Shown piece after piece: positions 9,138 through 18,349 of a stretch of 64,000 bases of DNA. The stretch is from Myxococcota bacterium (GTDB lineage Bacteria > Myxococcota_A > UBA9160 > UBA4427). The notes under the pieces are model-generated. The model ran no database searches and was not told where the DNA came from. It saw nothing but the letters and a program-made list of their open reading frames with translations. A program made the translations under genes and the position numbers. Numbering within the stretch: the first letter of the stretch is position 1; every line of letters starts with the position of its first letter. The stretch is from contig OZ252299.1 of the NCBI GenBank assembly GCA_965250285.1, forward strand, positions 1,248,001 to 1,312,000, given 5' to 3'.

Positions 9138-9446
9138 ATGGCCCGAATCACCATCGAAGACTGCATCGAGAAGGTGCCGAACCGCTTTCACCTGGTGCAG
9201 ATGACCGCCATTCGCGCGAAGCAGCTGAAGCGCGGCGCCCAGTCGCTCGTCGACGGCGACGACAACAAGGAGGTCGTGACGGCGCTCCGCGAGATCGCGG
9301 CCGGCCACGTCACGCCCGACGATGAGGCACCCATCGAGCCCACAGCCGAGGCCGCCGCAGCGCCCGTCGAGACGGCCCCCGTCGCCGAGGCCGCGCCGAC
9401 CGCCGAGCCGGCCGCGAGCGAAGAGCCGCCGCCCAGCGAGGCCTGA
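9138..9446 (+). CDS. rpoZ: RNA polymerase omega subunit
   Basis: MARITIEDCIEKVPNRFHLV...RAKQL...NKEVVTALREIAAG; Ala/Pro/Glu-rich tail. Confidence 0.97.
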   Translation: MARITIEDCIEKVPNRFHLVQMTAIRAKQLKRGAQSLVDGDDNKEVVTALREIAAGHVTPDDEAPIEPTAEAAAAPVETAPVAEAAPTAEPAASEEPPPSEA

Positions 9447-9477
9447 TCGTCGACAGGGCAGGGCGCGTTGCAGCGCT

Positions 9478-9532
9478 CCCGAAACGTCGAAGGGGCGAGC
9501 CGCCGAGCGGCTCGCCCCTTCGACGTTTCGGG
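9478..9532. terminator. Perfect 26-bp inverted repeat between convergent genes (likely bidirectional terminator)
   Basis: CCCGAAACGTCGAAGGGGCGAGCCGC-cga-GCGGCTCGCCCCTTCGACGTTTCGGG. Confidence 0.7.
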
Positions 9533-9547
9533 TCTCGCGTGATCCGG

Positions 9548-10822
9548 TCAGGCCGTCTGGGGCTGCACCGGCAGCGTAAAGCGGGCCACCGTGCCTTCAC
9601 CCGCCTCGCTGCGCAGCGAGCACTCGCCGCCCATCAGCGTACAAAGGTCGCGAACCAGCGTGAGGCCGAGGCCGGCGCCGCGGTAGCGCGCCGATGCGCG
9701 GTCGTCGACCTGGTAGAACTCGTCGAAGACGTAGGGCTGATCGTCGGGGCAGATGCCGATGCCCGTATCTTCGATCTCGCACACGAGTTCGCCGTCGACG
9801 ACCTCGCCGCGGATCGTCACCGATCCCTTCGTCGTGAACTTGGCTGCGTTCTCGAGCATGAGGAAGAGGATCTGGTTGACCTTGGTGAGGTCGGTCCGGA
9901 TCTTCGGGAACGGCTCTTCGATCTGCTTCTGGATCGTGACCGGTCGCCCCTCGAGCTCGTCCTGCACGCTGAAGATCGCCTCGTCGATGACTTCCGAGAA
10001 GTTGACCTCCTGCACCTCGAGGTCGAGCTCGCCCTGCTTGATCTTCCACAGGTCGAGGATGTTCTGCAGCGTGCGCTGAAAAGCCGTGCCCTGATCGAGG
10101 GCACCCCGCAGCTGTGTCTTGGCCGACTCGCTGATGTTCTCGTTCTCGCCGGCGAGCACCGCGATAATGGCTTCGATGATGCTGTTGAGCGGCGTCCGCA
10201 GCTCGCGCGACATCTTCTCGATGAAGTCGCTCTTCATCTTCTCGACGCGACCGAGCTCTTCGTTGTTGCGCAGCAGCTCGATGTCCTGGGCGAAGAGCGT
10301 CTCACTCATCTTCAGGAGCTCGTCGTTCTTCTCGTCGGCGACATTCGACTGATCGAACAGCTCTTGCTCGAGGGCTTCGACGCGTTCCTGGAGGCGCGCG
10401 TGATCGAGATGGATGGCGGTCGACCGGGCGAGGTCTTCGAGTGCGGCCTGCCCGTGCTCGGCGGCCGACGCGGGCAGCCCGACGACGAGTAGGCCATGGG
10501 GGTGCCCGCGCTCGGAGAGCGGGATCATCAGTACGCCCCCCTGGCCGCGGGGGCCCATCTGCGGAGGCGCACCGGCCTGGGTCGTGTGCTCACCGGACAG
10601 CGCGGTTCGAATCGAAGAAGCGAGGGCTTCGGCTGAGCCGCGCGCGTCGTCGAGCGACGCGAAGCCTGCCGCGGCGCGCAGTCGAGGCAGACCGATCTGG
10701 CGATCGTCCCCCGGCAGGAACGCAAAGAGCAGGCTCGCACCGCCGCCCACGACCTCAGCCGCGCGAGACGCGGTGGCCCGAAGCGCACCGTTCAGCCTTT
10801 CGAGGGATTCGGGCCCGGCCAT
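9548..10822 (-). CDS. GAF-like + HisKA/HATPase protein lacking the phospho-His (pseudo-histidine kinase)
   Basis: H-box MSRELRTPLNSI; ENAAKFT, EDTGIGI, FDEFYQ, GAGLGL; GGAGG RBS before ATG 10822. Confidence 0.85.
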   Translation of the reverse strand: MAGPESLERLNGALRATASRAAEVVGGGASLLFAFLPGDDRQIGLPRLRAAAGFASLDDARGSAEALASSIRTALSGEHTTQAGAPPQMGPRGQGGVLMIPLSERGHPHGLLVVGLPASAAEHGQAALEDLARSTAIHLDHARLQERVEALEQELFDQSNVADEKNDELLKMSETLFAQDIELLRNNEELGRVEKMKSDFIEKMSRELRTPLNSIIEAIIAVLAGENENISESAKTQLRGALDQGTAFQRTLQNILDLWKIKQGELDLEVQEVNFSEVIDEAIFSVQDELEGRPVTIQKQIEEPFPKIRTDLTKVNQILFLMLENAAKFTTKGSVTIRGEVVDGELVCEIEDTGIGICPDDQPYVFDEFYQVDDRASARYRGAGLGLTLVRDLCTLMGGECSLRSEAGEGTVARFTLPVQPQTA

Positions 10823-10971
10823 CGCCGCGTTCGTGCCTCCTGCTTCTGCCGTGGTCGCGCGTCGCGACGGTTGCCTCGGTCGGGCCGCTCTCTGCGGCCG
10901 GGGCCCTCTCGGGCCGGGTCCGTTTGACTCATTCGCGAACCATGGAGCAACGCCGCTCCGCGATCCGCCGG

Positions 10972-12114
10972 CTAGAACCGGTCGTCCGGTTCGATCTCGA
11001 AGGGCGCCTCGGGCTTCTCGACCTCGGGCGCGTCTTCGAAGTCGCCCTCCATCTCGAGCTTGGTCTGGAAGTCTGCCGGGTTCGAAGCCGCGTTGAGCGC
11101 CGTCTCCACCGAGATCTTGTTCGCCCGCAGCAGGTCGAGCAGATGCTGGTCGAACGTCTGCATGCGATCGCCGCGGCCTCGCGCGATGAACTCGCTCATC
11201 TCGTGTGTGCGGGCGGGGTCCTTGATGCACTCTTGAATCGATCGGGTCGAGCGCATGATCTCGATCGCGGGGACGCGACCGTTCTGCTTCTTGTTGACGA
11301 GCAGACGCAGCGAGATGATCGCCTTGAGGTTGTCCGCCAGGCGCGCGCGCACCTGAAGCTGCTCTTCGGTCGGGAAGAACGAAACGAGGCGCCCGATCGT
11401 CGAGGCGACGTCGGCCGTGTGGATCGTCGAGAAGACGAGATGGCCGGTCTCCGCCGCCTTGAGCGACGTGTCGACGGTCTCGAGATCGCGCATCTCGCCG
11501 ACCATGATGCAGTCGGGATCCTGGCGCAGCGCGGCGCGCAGGGCGTTCGGGAACGACTCGGTATCCATCCCGATCTCGCGCTGCGTGATGATCGCCTTCT
11601 CCTGCTCGAAGACGAACTCGATCGGGTCTTCGATCGTGACGATCTTGCACTTCCGCTGGCGGTTGATCTCGTTGATCATCGTCGCGAGCGTGGTCGACTT
11701 GCCCATACCGGTCGCACCGGTCACGAGCACGAAGCCGCGGCGCAGTCGCGAGATGTCGGCGAGCACGCCGGGCAGGTTGAGGTCGCCGAAGGTCTTGATC
11801 GTCGGCGGAATCACGCGGAGCACGACGTTCAGATTGCGTCGCTGCCTCGAGATGTTGACTCGGAATCGGCCTTCGCCGGGCAGCTCGTAGGCGAGGTCGA
11901 GCTCGTTGAGCTCGGGGCTCCGCTTGAGCGGATCGGTCTCGATGAGCATCTGGACGATCTGCTCGGTGTCCTCCGGTGTGAGGACCTTGTACTTGAGCTC
12001 GACCAGTTCACCGTGGAACCGATACAGCGGGAGATATCCCACCTGGAAGTGGATATCGGACGCGCCTTTCTCCAGACCCAGCCGGAGCAGACGGTGCAGC
12101 TTGTCGCGATCCAT
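10972..12114 (-). CDS. pilT: PilT/PilU-family type IV pilus retraction ATPase
   Basis: ASDIH, GATGMGKST, TIEDPIE, ALRQDPD, GEMRD, TGHLVFSTIHT, MQTFDQ. Exact paralog class uncertain. Confidence 0.9.
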   Translation of the reverse strand: MDRDKLHRLLRLGLEKGASDIHFQVGYLPLYRFHGELVELKYKVLTPEDTEQIVQMLIETDPLKRSPELNELDLAYELPGEGRFRVNISRQRRNLNVVLRVIPPTIKTFGDLNLPGVLADISRLRRGFVLVTGATGMGKSTTLATMINEINRQRKCKIVTIEDPIEFVFEQEKAIITQREIGMDTESFPNALRAALRQDPDCIMVGEMRDLETVDTSLKAAETGHLVFSTIHTADVASTIGRLVSFFPTEEQLQVRARLADNLKAIISLRLLVNKKQNGRVPAIEIMRSTRSIQECIKDPARTHEMSEFIARGRGDRMQTFDQHLLDLLRANKISVETALNAASNPADFQTKLEMEGDFEDAPEVEKPEAPFEIEPDDRF

Positions 12115-12462
12115 CGCCGATCTACCCTCCTCAGGACCCGGCGAGCGATGCGCGGGCGAGGATGACGAGAGACCTATCGGATCGCCGAGAGGCCGCCTGT
12201 AGCGGATCTTGCGTCTTCGACTCGTGCAGTCGTGAAGATCGCGACCCACCGTCGCGGCGAGCAGGCGTTGCCCGCCTTGGGGCGGCGACGGGCTATGCTG
12301 GCCCGCCGGGCGGCGGTGCGAAGCGGGTGGGGGACGCCCGTGATGCGAGCGCACGCAGCGCTTCGAGCGGCGCAACGGCGGACCGGGCGAGCGTGTGACC
12401 CGGCGAGGGAGACGAGCAGCGTGAGACTTCGACGGGCAGCGCCTCGCGGCGTGCGCATCGCG

Positions 12463-13098
12463 GTGGACGATTCGCGTGTCGCCGGAACGCGGCGCTGGAT
12501 CGGCTTCGCCGCCCTCGTGTGCGCGTGCGCGTGCGGACCGCTCGGCGTGGCCGTCGCTCAGGTTCCGCTCGGCGACGACCGGGTGGAGGCAGCCGCCGAA
12601 GGCGAAGCCGAACCGGCCCCGCAGTCGGACGCGGCCACCCCATCGACCGAATCGGCGCCCGTGCCCGGCGCTGACGCTCCGCCGCCGAGTGGCGGCGCGC
12701 CGCCCCCCTCCGGCGCCAGCGACGTCGGGCTCGACCAGCTTCTTCGCTTGCCGAACAGCCTCGACTTCAAGGAAGAGCGCCGCGGCGGAGGGGGCGCCGC
12801 CGACTGGCGACGCCGCTTCGCCGAGAGCGAGCTCGCCGTGCTCGAGGCACGAAAGAAGCTCGATGAGGCCGAGATCGCGCTGTCCGAAGCCGGGACGGCT
12901 GGCGGCGGGCAGTGGCAGATCGCGCCGCCGGGTCAGCAGGCGAGCAGCGAGGCGGGACCGATCAGCATCAAGCTGCGCGAGGATCTGCGCCGAGCCCGGA
13001 CCGGGCTCGAAGAGGCCGAACGCCAGCACCGGGCCCTCGTGGTCGAGGCCGACCTCGCCGAGGTGCCGATGGCCTGGCGCCAGAACGGCGTCCGCTAG
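12463..13098 (+). CDS. Hypothetical secreted coiled-coil protein (start uncertain)
   Basis: Signal-like hydrophobic stretch (WIGFAALVCAC...VAVAQ), Pro/Ala linker, helical C-terminus ending VPMAWR. Confidence 0.6.
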   Translation: MDDSRVAGTRRWIGFAALVCACACGPLGVAVAQVPLGDDRVEAAAEGEAEPAPQSDAATPSTESAPVPGADAPPPSGGAPPPSGASDVGLDQLLRLPNSLDFKEERRGGGGAADWRRRFAESELAVLEARKKLDEAEIALSEAGTAGGGQWQIAPPGQQASSEAGPISIKLREDLRRARTGLEEAERQHRALVVEADLAEVPMAWRQNGVR

Positions 13099-13276
13099 AC
13101 CGCGCGAGGCGCGCCCCTCGCAACCGTTCGCTGCACGACCGGCCGATTTGCGGGGCAGGGGCCCCCGGCTACACTGCGCGCGCCCGGCGAGGAGGATCTA
13201 TCCGTCCCGCGGGGCATTCTCAGCCCGATTTCCGCGCGTCGACGCGTTCGACGTGCGAAGCAGCGAGGAAGCCAGC

Positions 13277-13459
13277 ATGCCGCTCGACGACATTCCGGAG
13301 CGAACCCAGGAAGAGCTCGACAACGGACCGACCCCGAACGGCGATGCCGCCTCGTGGGCCTACGTCCTCGGCGGGCTTCCGATGATGGTTGTCTTCTTCG
13401 TCGTGATGTTCGGTCTCGTCGGGTCGTGCGACCGGATCGACGTGCTGCTGCCCGGCTGA
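13277..13459 (+). CDS. Small single-pass membrane protein (60 aa)
   Basis: GAGGAAG RBS; MPLDDIPERTQEEL...YVLGGLPMMVVFFVVMFGLV; followed by a hairpin. Confidence 0.65.
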   Translation: MPLDDIPERTQEELDNGPTPNGDAASWAYVLGGLPMMVVFFVVMFGLVGSCDRIDVLLPG

Positions 13460-13482
13460 TCGCGCACCGCTCGCTCGGTCAC

Positions 13483-13523
13483 CGACGCCCCCGCTCCGAT
13501 CCGGAGCGGGGGCGTCGTCGTTT
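13483..13523 (+). terminator. Terminator-like hairpin
   Basis: CGACGCCCCCGCTCCG-atc-CGGAGCGGGGGCGTCG then TCGTTT. Confidence 0.6.
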
Positions 13524-13753
13524 CGGCATCGCGACGACCCTGGCCGGTGCCGAAGGCCCTGGGCGGATGCGCGCCCGTTGCCCGCGTTTGGGCCGCGCGG
13601 GTGCGCGCGACTGCGCCCCCGACGGATTCATCGAGCGACGGTGCAGCCCGCACGCTGAGTGCGTGATGCACCTCACCTGCCGCGGGGATGCGCGACGCAT
13701 GCGCGTGTGAGATGCCTCAACTCGGTGCGCTGCGACGCCGATCCAGAAGATCG

Positions 13754-14509
13754 ATGGGTCGCTTCGCATTCACATCTCGGGATGGCTTGCTCGCGTTCGC
13801 CCTCGCGATCGTGCTCGTCGTCGGCCATGGCTGCGCGAGCACGCCGAACGCGGGTGCCGCGAGCTGGGCATGGTTTCAGGTGCCGGCGCCGGACGATGCA
13901 TGGAGCCCGAAGATCGCCGGCTGGCAGCATCGCGAGCGCCAGGATGACGGGACGCCGCGACCGGCGGTGGCCGCCGATGGTCAGGCGCTCGAGCCCTTCG
14001 AGACGGGCCCGCCCGCCGAGGATCTGGTGCCCGAGGCACGCACGCTCCGCAGCAAGTACTTCGGCTTCCGCGCCGCACAGAAGCGAGAGCTCGCTCGATC
14101 GTTCGCCGCCTGGGTTCAGGGACAGGCCGCGGAACACTACGTCGAGGATGGGCCGACCGATCACTGGGCCACCCTCGAGGAGACGCTGCGCAGCAACGGC
14201 GATGACTGCGACGGCCTCGAGCTGCTCACCTTTCACGGGCTGCGCGACCTCGGCTTCGACGAAGACGAGGTGTTTCGCGCGATCGTGTACCGAAAGAGCG
14301 ACAACCAGCACCACATGGTCACGCTCTGGTTCGAAGACCCCGACGATCCGTGGGTCATCGATCCGACCGGTGCGATGACCCTCGGTATGCCCCGCATGTC
14401 GGCGATGCCCGGCTGGGTGCCGCTCAAGCTCTTCACCGACGATCGTGAGTACACCGTTCGCCCCGGTGGTGTGGCCGATGCGGCGGAGCGGCTCGCCCAG
14501 AACCGCTGA
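13754..14509 (+). CDS. Transglutaminase-like cysteine peptidase (BTLCP/LapG-like), probable lipoprotein
   Basis: DHWATLEETL..GDDCDG (Cys), HHMVTL (His), WVIDP (Asp); hydrophobic leader ending GHGC. Confidence 0.75.
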   Translation: MGRFAFTSRDGLLAFALAIVLVVGHGCASTPNAGAASWAWFQVPAPDDAWSPKIAGWQHRERQDDGTPRPAVAADGQALEPFETGPPAEDLVPEARTLRSKYFGFRAAQKRELARSFAAWVQGQAAEHYVEDGPTDHWATLEETLRSNGDDCDGLELLTFHGLRDLGFDEDEVFRAIVYRKSDNQHHMVTLWFEDPDDPWVIDPTGAMTLGMPRMSAMPGWVPLKLFTDDREYTVRPGGVADAAERLAQNR

Positions 14510-14590
14510 GCGCACCCCCCTCGCGCCGCGAGATCGACCGCAGCGGCACCGCCCGCTCGATCTGGACAGGGGCGGCCCGGTGGCCGCGCG

Positions 14591-14619
14591 TTGACGCAGC
14601 GGGGCGCCGCTCCGATACT
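14591..14619 (+). promoter_or_regulatory. Sigma70-type promoter, near-leaderless, for the ABC operon
   Basis: TTGACG-N17-GATACT, 9 nt before ATG 14629. Confidence 0.5.
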
Positions 14620-14628
14620 CGGCGCGCA

Positions 14629-15663
14629 ATGCCTCTCTCTGCCTTTCTCCGCGTGCCGACACCCGCTTCGTTCGTCCGTCTCGCCTGTGCCGCTCTGGCC
14701 GCGATCGCCCTATGCGGCTGCGGCTCGGACGATGCGCCGGGCGCCTCCGACACGTTTCGCGTCGCGCTGCTGACCCCTGGCTCGATTGCCGATGGTGGCT
14801 GGAACGCCGGGGCCTACCGCGGGCTCGAGCGCATTCGCGACGAGCTCGGCGCGCAGATCTCGCACGAAGAGACGAAGACGCCCGCGCAGTTCGAAGAGTC
14901 GTTTCGCGCGTACGCAGCGCAGGGCTACGACCTCGTCTTCGGCCATGGCTTCGAGTACCAGGACGCGGCCGCCGCCGTCGGGGCCGAGTATCCCGACACG
15001 ATCTTCGTGACCACGTCGGGCAACACCGTGCGCGAGAACGTCGTGCCGATGGTGTTCGAGCTCGAGCAGGCGACGTATCTGTGCGGCCTGGTCGCCGGTC
15101 ACGCGTCGCGCAGCGGGATCGTCGGGATGATCGGCGGCATCGACATCCCCTCGATCCGCAGCACGTTCCTCGCCTTCCAGGCGGGTGTGAAAGAGTCGCA
15201 GCCCGACGCCTCCGTGCGTGAAGTCTTCATCGGCAACTTCGACGACACCGCGGCCGCCCGTGAGTCGGCGCTCGCGCTGCTCGAAGAGGGCGCCGACTTC
15301 TTGATCCACCAGGCGAACGAAGCAGGCCGCGGGGTCTTTCAGGCCGCGCAGGATCGCACCACGAAAGAGGCGCCCGTCTACGTCTTCGGCACCAACGCGA
15401 ACCAGAACGACATGGCGCCCGAGGTCGTGGTCGCGTCGGCGACGCTCGATCTGCCGGGCGCGTTCGTGACCGTCGCGAAGCGCGTGCAGGACGGTGCCTT
15501 CGAGGCCGCGCCGATCCGACTGGGCATGAAGGATCGCGTGGTGGACTTCGTGCCGAACGAGGCGCTGTTCCCGGGGCTCGGGCCCGAGGCGAAGCAGCTC
15601 GTCGCCGAGAAGCGCGCCGCCATCGAGTCGGGGGCCTTCACCGTGCCCCGCGGCGACTTCTGA
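14629..15663 (+). CDS. BMP-family ABC substrate-binding lipoprotein (nucleoside-type)
   Basis: Lipobox LCGC; DGGWNAGAYRGL, GYDLVFGHGFEY, GNFDD. Confidence 0.9.
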   Translation: MPLSAFLRVPTPASFVRLACAALAAIALCGCGSDDAPGASDTFRVALLTPGSIADGGWNAGAYRGLERIRDELGAQISHEETKTPAQFEESFRAYAAQGYDLVFGHGFEYQDAAAAVGAEYPDTIFVTTSGNTVRENVVPMVFELEQATYLCGLVAGHASRSGIVGMIGGIDIPSIRSTFLAFQAGVKESQPDASVREVFIGNFDDTAAARESALALLEEGADFLIHQANEAGRGVFQAAQDRTTKEAPVYVFGTNANQNDMAPEVVVASATLDLPGAFVTVAKRVQDGAFEAAPIRLGMKDRVVDFVPNEALFPGLGPEAKQLVAEKRAAIESGAFTVPRGDF

Positions 15664-15683
15664 CCCGCGAGGCCGCTCGGCGC

Positions 15684-17243
15684 ATGTCCGCTCCCGTGCC
15701 GCTCTCGCCGCCCGACGCTTTCCCCCGCCTGCGGCTCGTCGACATCGACAAGACCTTCGTCGCGGGTCGGCCGGTGCTGCAGCAGGTCGGCCTCGAGGTC
15801 GCTGCCGGCGAGATCCACGCTCTGCTCGGCGAGAACGGTGCCGGCAAGTCGACGCTCATGAACGTGCTCGTCGGGCTCGTGCAGCCCGACGCCGGCCGCA
15901 TCGAGATCGACGGCGCGCCCCGCACGCTCGATCGCTGGGGGCCGGTCGCTGCCCTCGAGGCCGGCATCGCGATGGTGCACCAGCACTCCACGCTCGTGCC
16001 CGCGATGACGGTCGAAGAGAACCTCTGCTTCGGGGATCGTCGTCGCGGCCTGCGCTTCGATCACGCGGCCGCAAGCGAAGCACTGCGCACGCTCTCCGAG
16101 CGGCATGGCCTCGAGGTGCCGCTGGGTGCCCGCGTCGAAGACCTCTCGGTGGGACAACGCCAGCGGGCCGAGATCCTGCGGGCGCTCGATCGAGGTGCGC
16201 GCATCCTCGTTCTCGACGAGCCGACCGCGGCGCTCACGCCGAGTGAGACGCGCGAGCTGTTTCCCGCGCTCGAGCAGCTACGGGCCGAGGGCCAGAGCCT
16301 CATCTTCATTTCGCACAAGCTCGACGAGGTCGAAGCGCTCGCCGATCGCGTCACCGTGCTGCGGCGAGGCCGCGTGACCGGCACCGTCGCGACCCGCGAT
16401 GCCGACGCACATGCGCTCGGCGAGCTGATGCTGGGCCGCAGCATGCCCACGCTCGAGAAGCGCCCCCGGCCGACCCCCCCGGCCGACACACCGGCGTCGT
16501 TCGCGCTCGAGGGCGTCGCGGCCGATGGGGTGCGCGCAGCGAGCGCGCTTCGCGGGCTCGATCTCGAGGTTGAGGCCGGAGAGCTCGTCGGCATCGCCGG
16601 CATCGACGGCAACGGACAGCTCGAGCTCGAAGAGGTGCTGGTGGGCGTGCGCCCGATGACGTCGGGCGCGCTGCGCGTCGCGGGTGCGGTCGTGGCGCCC
16701 GGCGTACACAGCCTGCGGTCACACGGCGTCGCGCACCTGTCGGGGGATCGCGAGGGCGCGGGCCTCGTGCCGGGGCTCTCGATGACCGAGAACTGGATCC
16801 TCAAGGCGACGGGCGAGGCGTCGGTCTACTTCGAGCACGGCTTCGTCGATGCCGGCGCGGCGCGCGCGGCCACCGAGGCGGCCATCGATGCGTTCGAGAT
16901 TCGCCCGCCGGTTGCGTCGGCCGACGTCGCGACGCTCTCGGGCGGCAACGCCCAGAAGCTCGCGGTGGCGCGCGAGCTGTCGGACGATCCCGATGTCCTG
17001 CTCGCCGTGAATCCCACCCGGGGCCTCGATGTCGGCTCGGCCCGGTTCGTCCATGAGCAGATGCTGGCGCTGCGCGACCGCGGGGGCTCGGTGCTGCTGC
17101 TCTCGACCGAGCTCGACGAGGTGCTGCTGCTCGCCGACCGCGTCTTCGTGCTCGTGCGCGGCGAGCTGGTGCCCGTCGCACGCGGGGCCGATCGGGCCGA
17201 GATCGGCGCCGTCATGCTCGGTCGCGGGAGCGAGCACGGATGA
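15684..17243 (+). CDS. ABC transporter ATP-binding protein (dual domain, sugar/nucleoside type)
   Basis: GENGAGKST, LSVGQRQ, LDEPT, LSGGNAQK, PTRGLDV. Confidence 0.95.
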   Translation: MSAPVPLSPPDAFPRLRLVDIDKTFVAGRPVLQQVGLEVAAGEIHALLGENGAGKSTLMNVLVGLVQPDAGRIEIDGAPRTLDRWGPVAALEAGIAMVHQHSTLVPAMTVEENLCFGDRRRGLRFDHAAASEALRTLSERHGLEVPLGARVEDLSVGQRQRAEILRALDRGARILVLDEPTAALTPSETRELFPALEQLRAEGQSLIFISHKLDEVEALADRVTVLRRGRVTGTVATRDADAHALGELMLGRSMPTLEKRPRPTPPADTPASFALEGVAADGVRAASALRGLDLEVEAGELVGIAGIDGNGQLELEEVLVGVRPMTSGALRVAGAVVAPGVHSLRSHGVAHLSGDREGAGLVPGLSMTENWILKATGEASVYFEHGFVDAGAARAATEAAIDAFEIRPPVASADVATLSGGNAQKLAVARELSDDPDVLLAVNPTRGLDVGSARFVHEQMLALRDRGGSVLLLSTELDEVLLLADRVFVLVRGELVPVARGADRAEIGAVMLGRGSEHG

Positions 17244-18349
17244 GCTCGATCCTGCCGAGCGGCGGCGCGTCGGGATCCTTCGCCGAACGCGCGCTCGAAG
17301 AGGCGCTGCGTGCGGTCGTGTCCATCGGGGTGGCGCTGCTCCTCGCGGGCCTCGTGATCGCGATGCTCGGCTATTCACCAGGCCGCGCGCTCGCGGCGCT
17401 GCTCTCGGGTGGGCTCGGCGGGCCGGCGGCGTGGACGTCGACGCTGCTCAAGGCGTCGCCGCTGCTTCTGACCGGCCTCACCGTGTCGCTGTGCTTTCGC
17501 TGCGGCGTGTGGAACATCGGCGCCGAGGGGCAGTTCTATCTCGGTGCGCTGCTCGCCACGGCCGTCGCGACCCGCATCCTGCCGGGTGCACCCGCGCCGA
17601 TCCTGGTGCCGGCGGGCATGCTCGCGGCGGTCCTCGGCGGCGTGCTCTGGGCTTCGATCGCGGGCGCGCTCAAGGCCGGGCGGGGCGTGTCGGAGGTGAT
17701 CTCGACGATCCTGCTCAACTTCGTGGCGATCCAGCTCGTATCGCTCGCCGTGCACGGCTGGCTGCAGGAGTCGTCGGGCGCCTATCCCCAGAGCGACGCG
17801 CTCGCGGCCGCCGCCCGGCTACCGCGCTGGGGCCGGCTGCACCTCGGCTTGCCCATCGCCGGTCTGCTGGCGGTCGGATGCTGGCTGCTGCTCTTTCGCA
17901 CGGCGTTCGGCCTGCGCATGCGCGCGGTCGGCTTCGGCCCCCGCGCTGCGCGCTTCGCGGGCATCGATCCCAGTCGCACGCTGGTCGCGACGCTCGCGCT
18001 CTCGGGCGGTCTGGCCGGTCTCGCCGGCGGGCTCGAGGTCATGGGCGTCACGGGACGGCTCTACGAGAAGCTCTCACCCGGCTACGGCTACACCGCCATC
18101 GCAGTGGCGCTGCTCGCGCGCCTGCATCCCCTGGCCGTCATTCCGTCGGCGCTGCTCTTCGGCCTGCTCGAAGCCGGGGGCGGCGCGATGCAGCGCGAAG
18201 CGGGCGTGCCCGCGGTGGCGACCGACGTCGTGAAGGGCGTCGTGATCCTCGTCTCGATCGGCTTCGCGACGCTCTCGTGGCCTTTCGCTCGGCGTACGGC
18301 GGAGGCCGGGTCGAGCGACGACGATGTGCAGCCGGAGGTCGCCGGCTGA
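17240..18349 (+). CDS. ABC transporter permease (nucleoside type)
   Basis: NIGAEGQ, EVISTILLN, GYGYTAIAVALL; ATGA overlap. Confidence 0.92.
   Translation: MSSILPSGGASGSFAERALEEALRAVVSIGVALLLAGLVIAMLGYSPGRALAALLSGGLGGPAAWTSTLLKASPLLLTGLTVSLCFRCGVWNIGAEGQFYLGALLATAVATRILPGAPAPILVPAGMLAAVLGGVLWASIAGALKAGRGVSEVISTILLNFVAIQLVSLAVHGWLQESSGAYPQSDALAAAARLPRWGRLHLGLPIAGLLAVGCWLLLFRTAFGLRMRAVGFGPRAARFAGIDPSRTLVATLALSGGLAGLAGGLEVMGVTGRLYEKLSPGYGYTAIAVALLARLHPLAVIPSALLFGLLEAGGGAMQREAGVPAVATDVVKGVVILVSIGFATLSWPFARRTAEAGSSDDDVQPEVAG

Noticed and set aside
10823..11650. 700-aa kinase ORF suggesting a long N-terminus or PilT-kinase fusion
   Set aside because: The extension is an Arg-rich off-frame shadow of pilT; a GGAGG RBS precedes ATG 10822.
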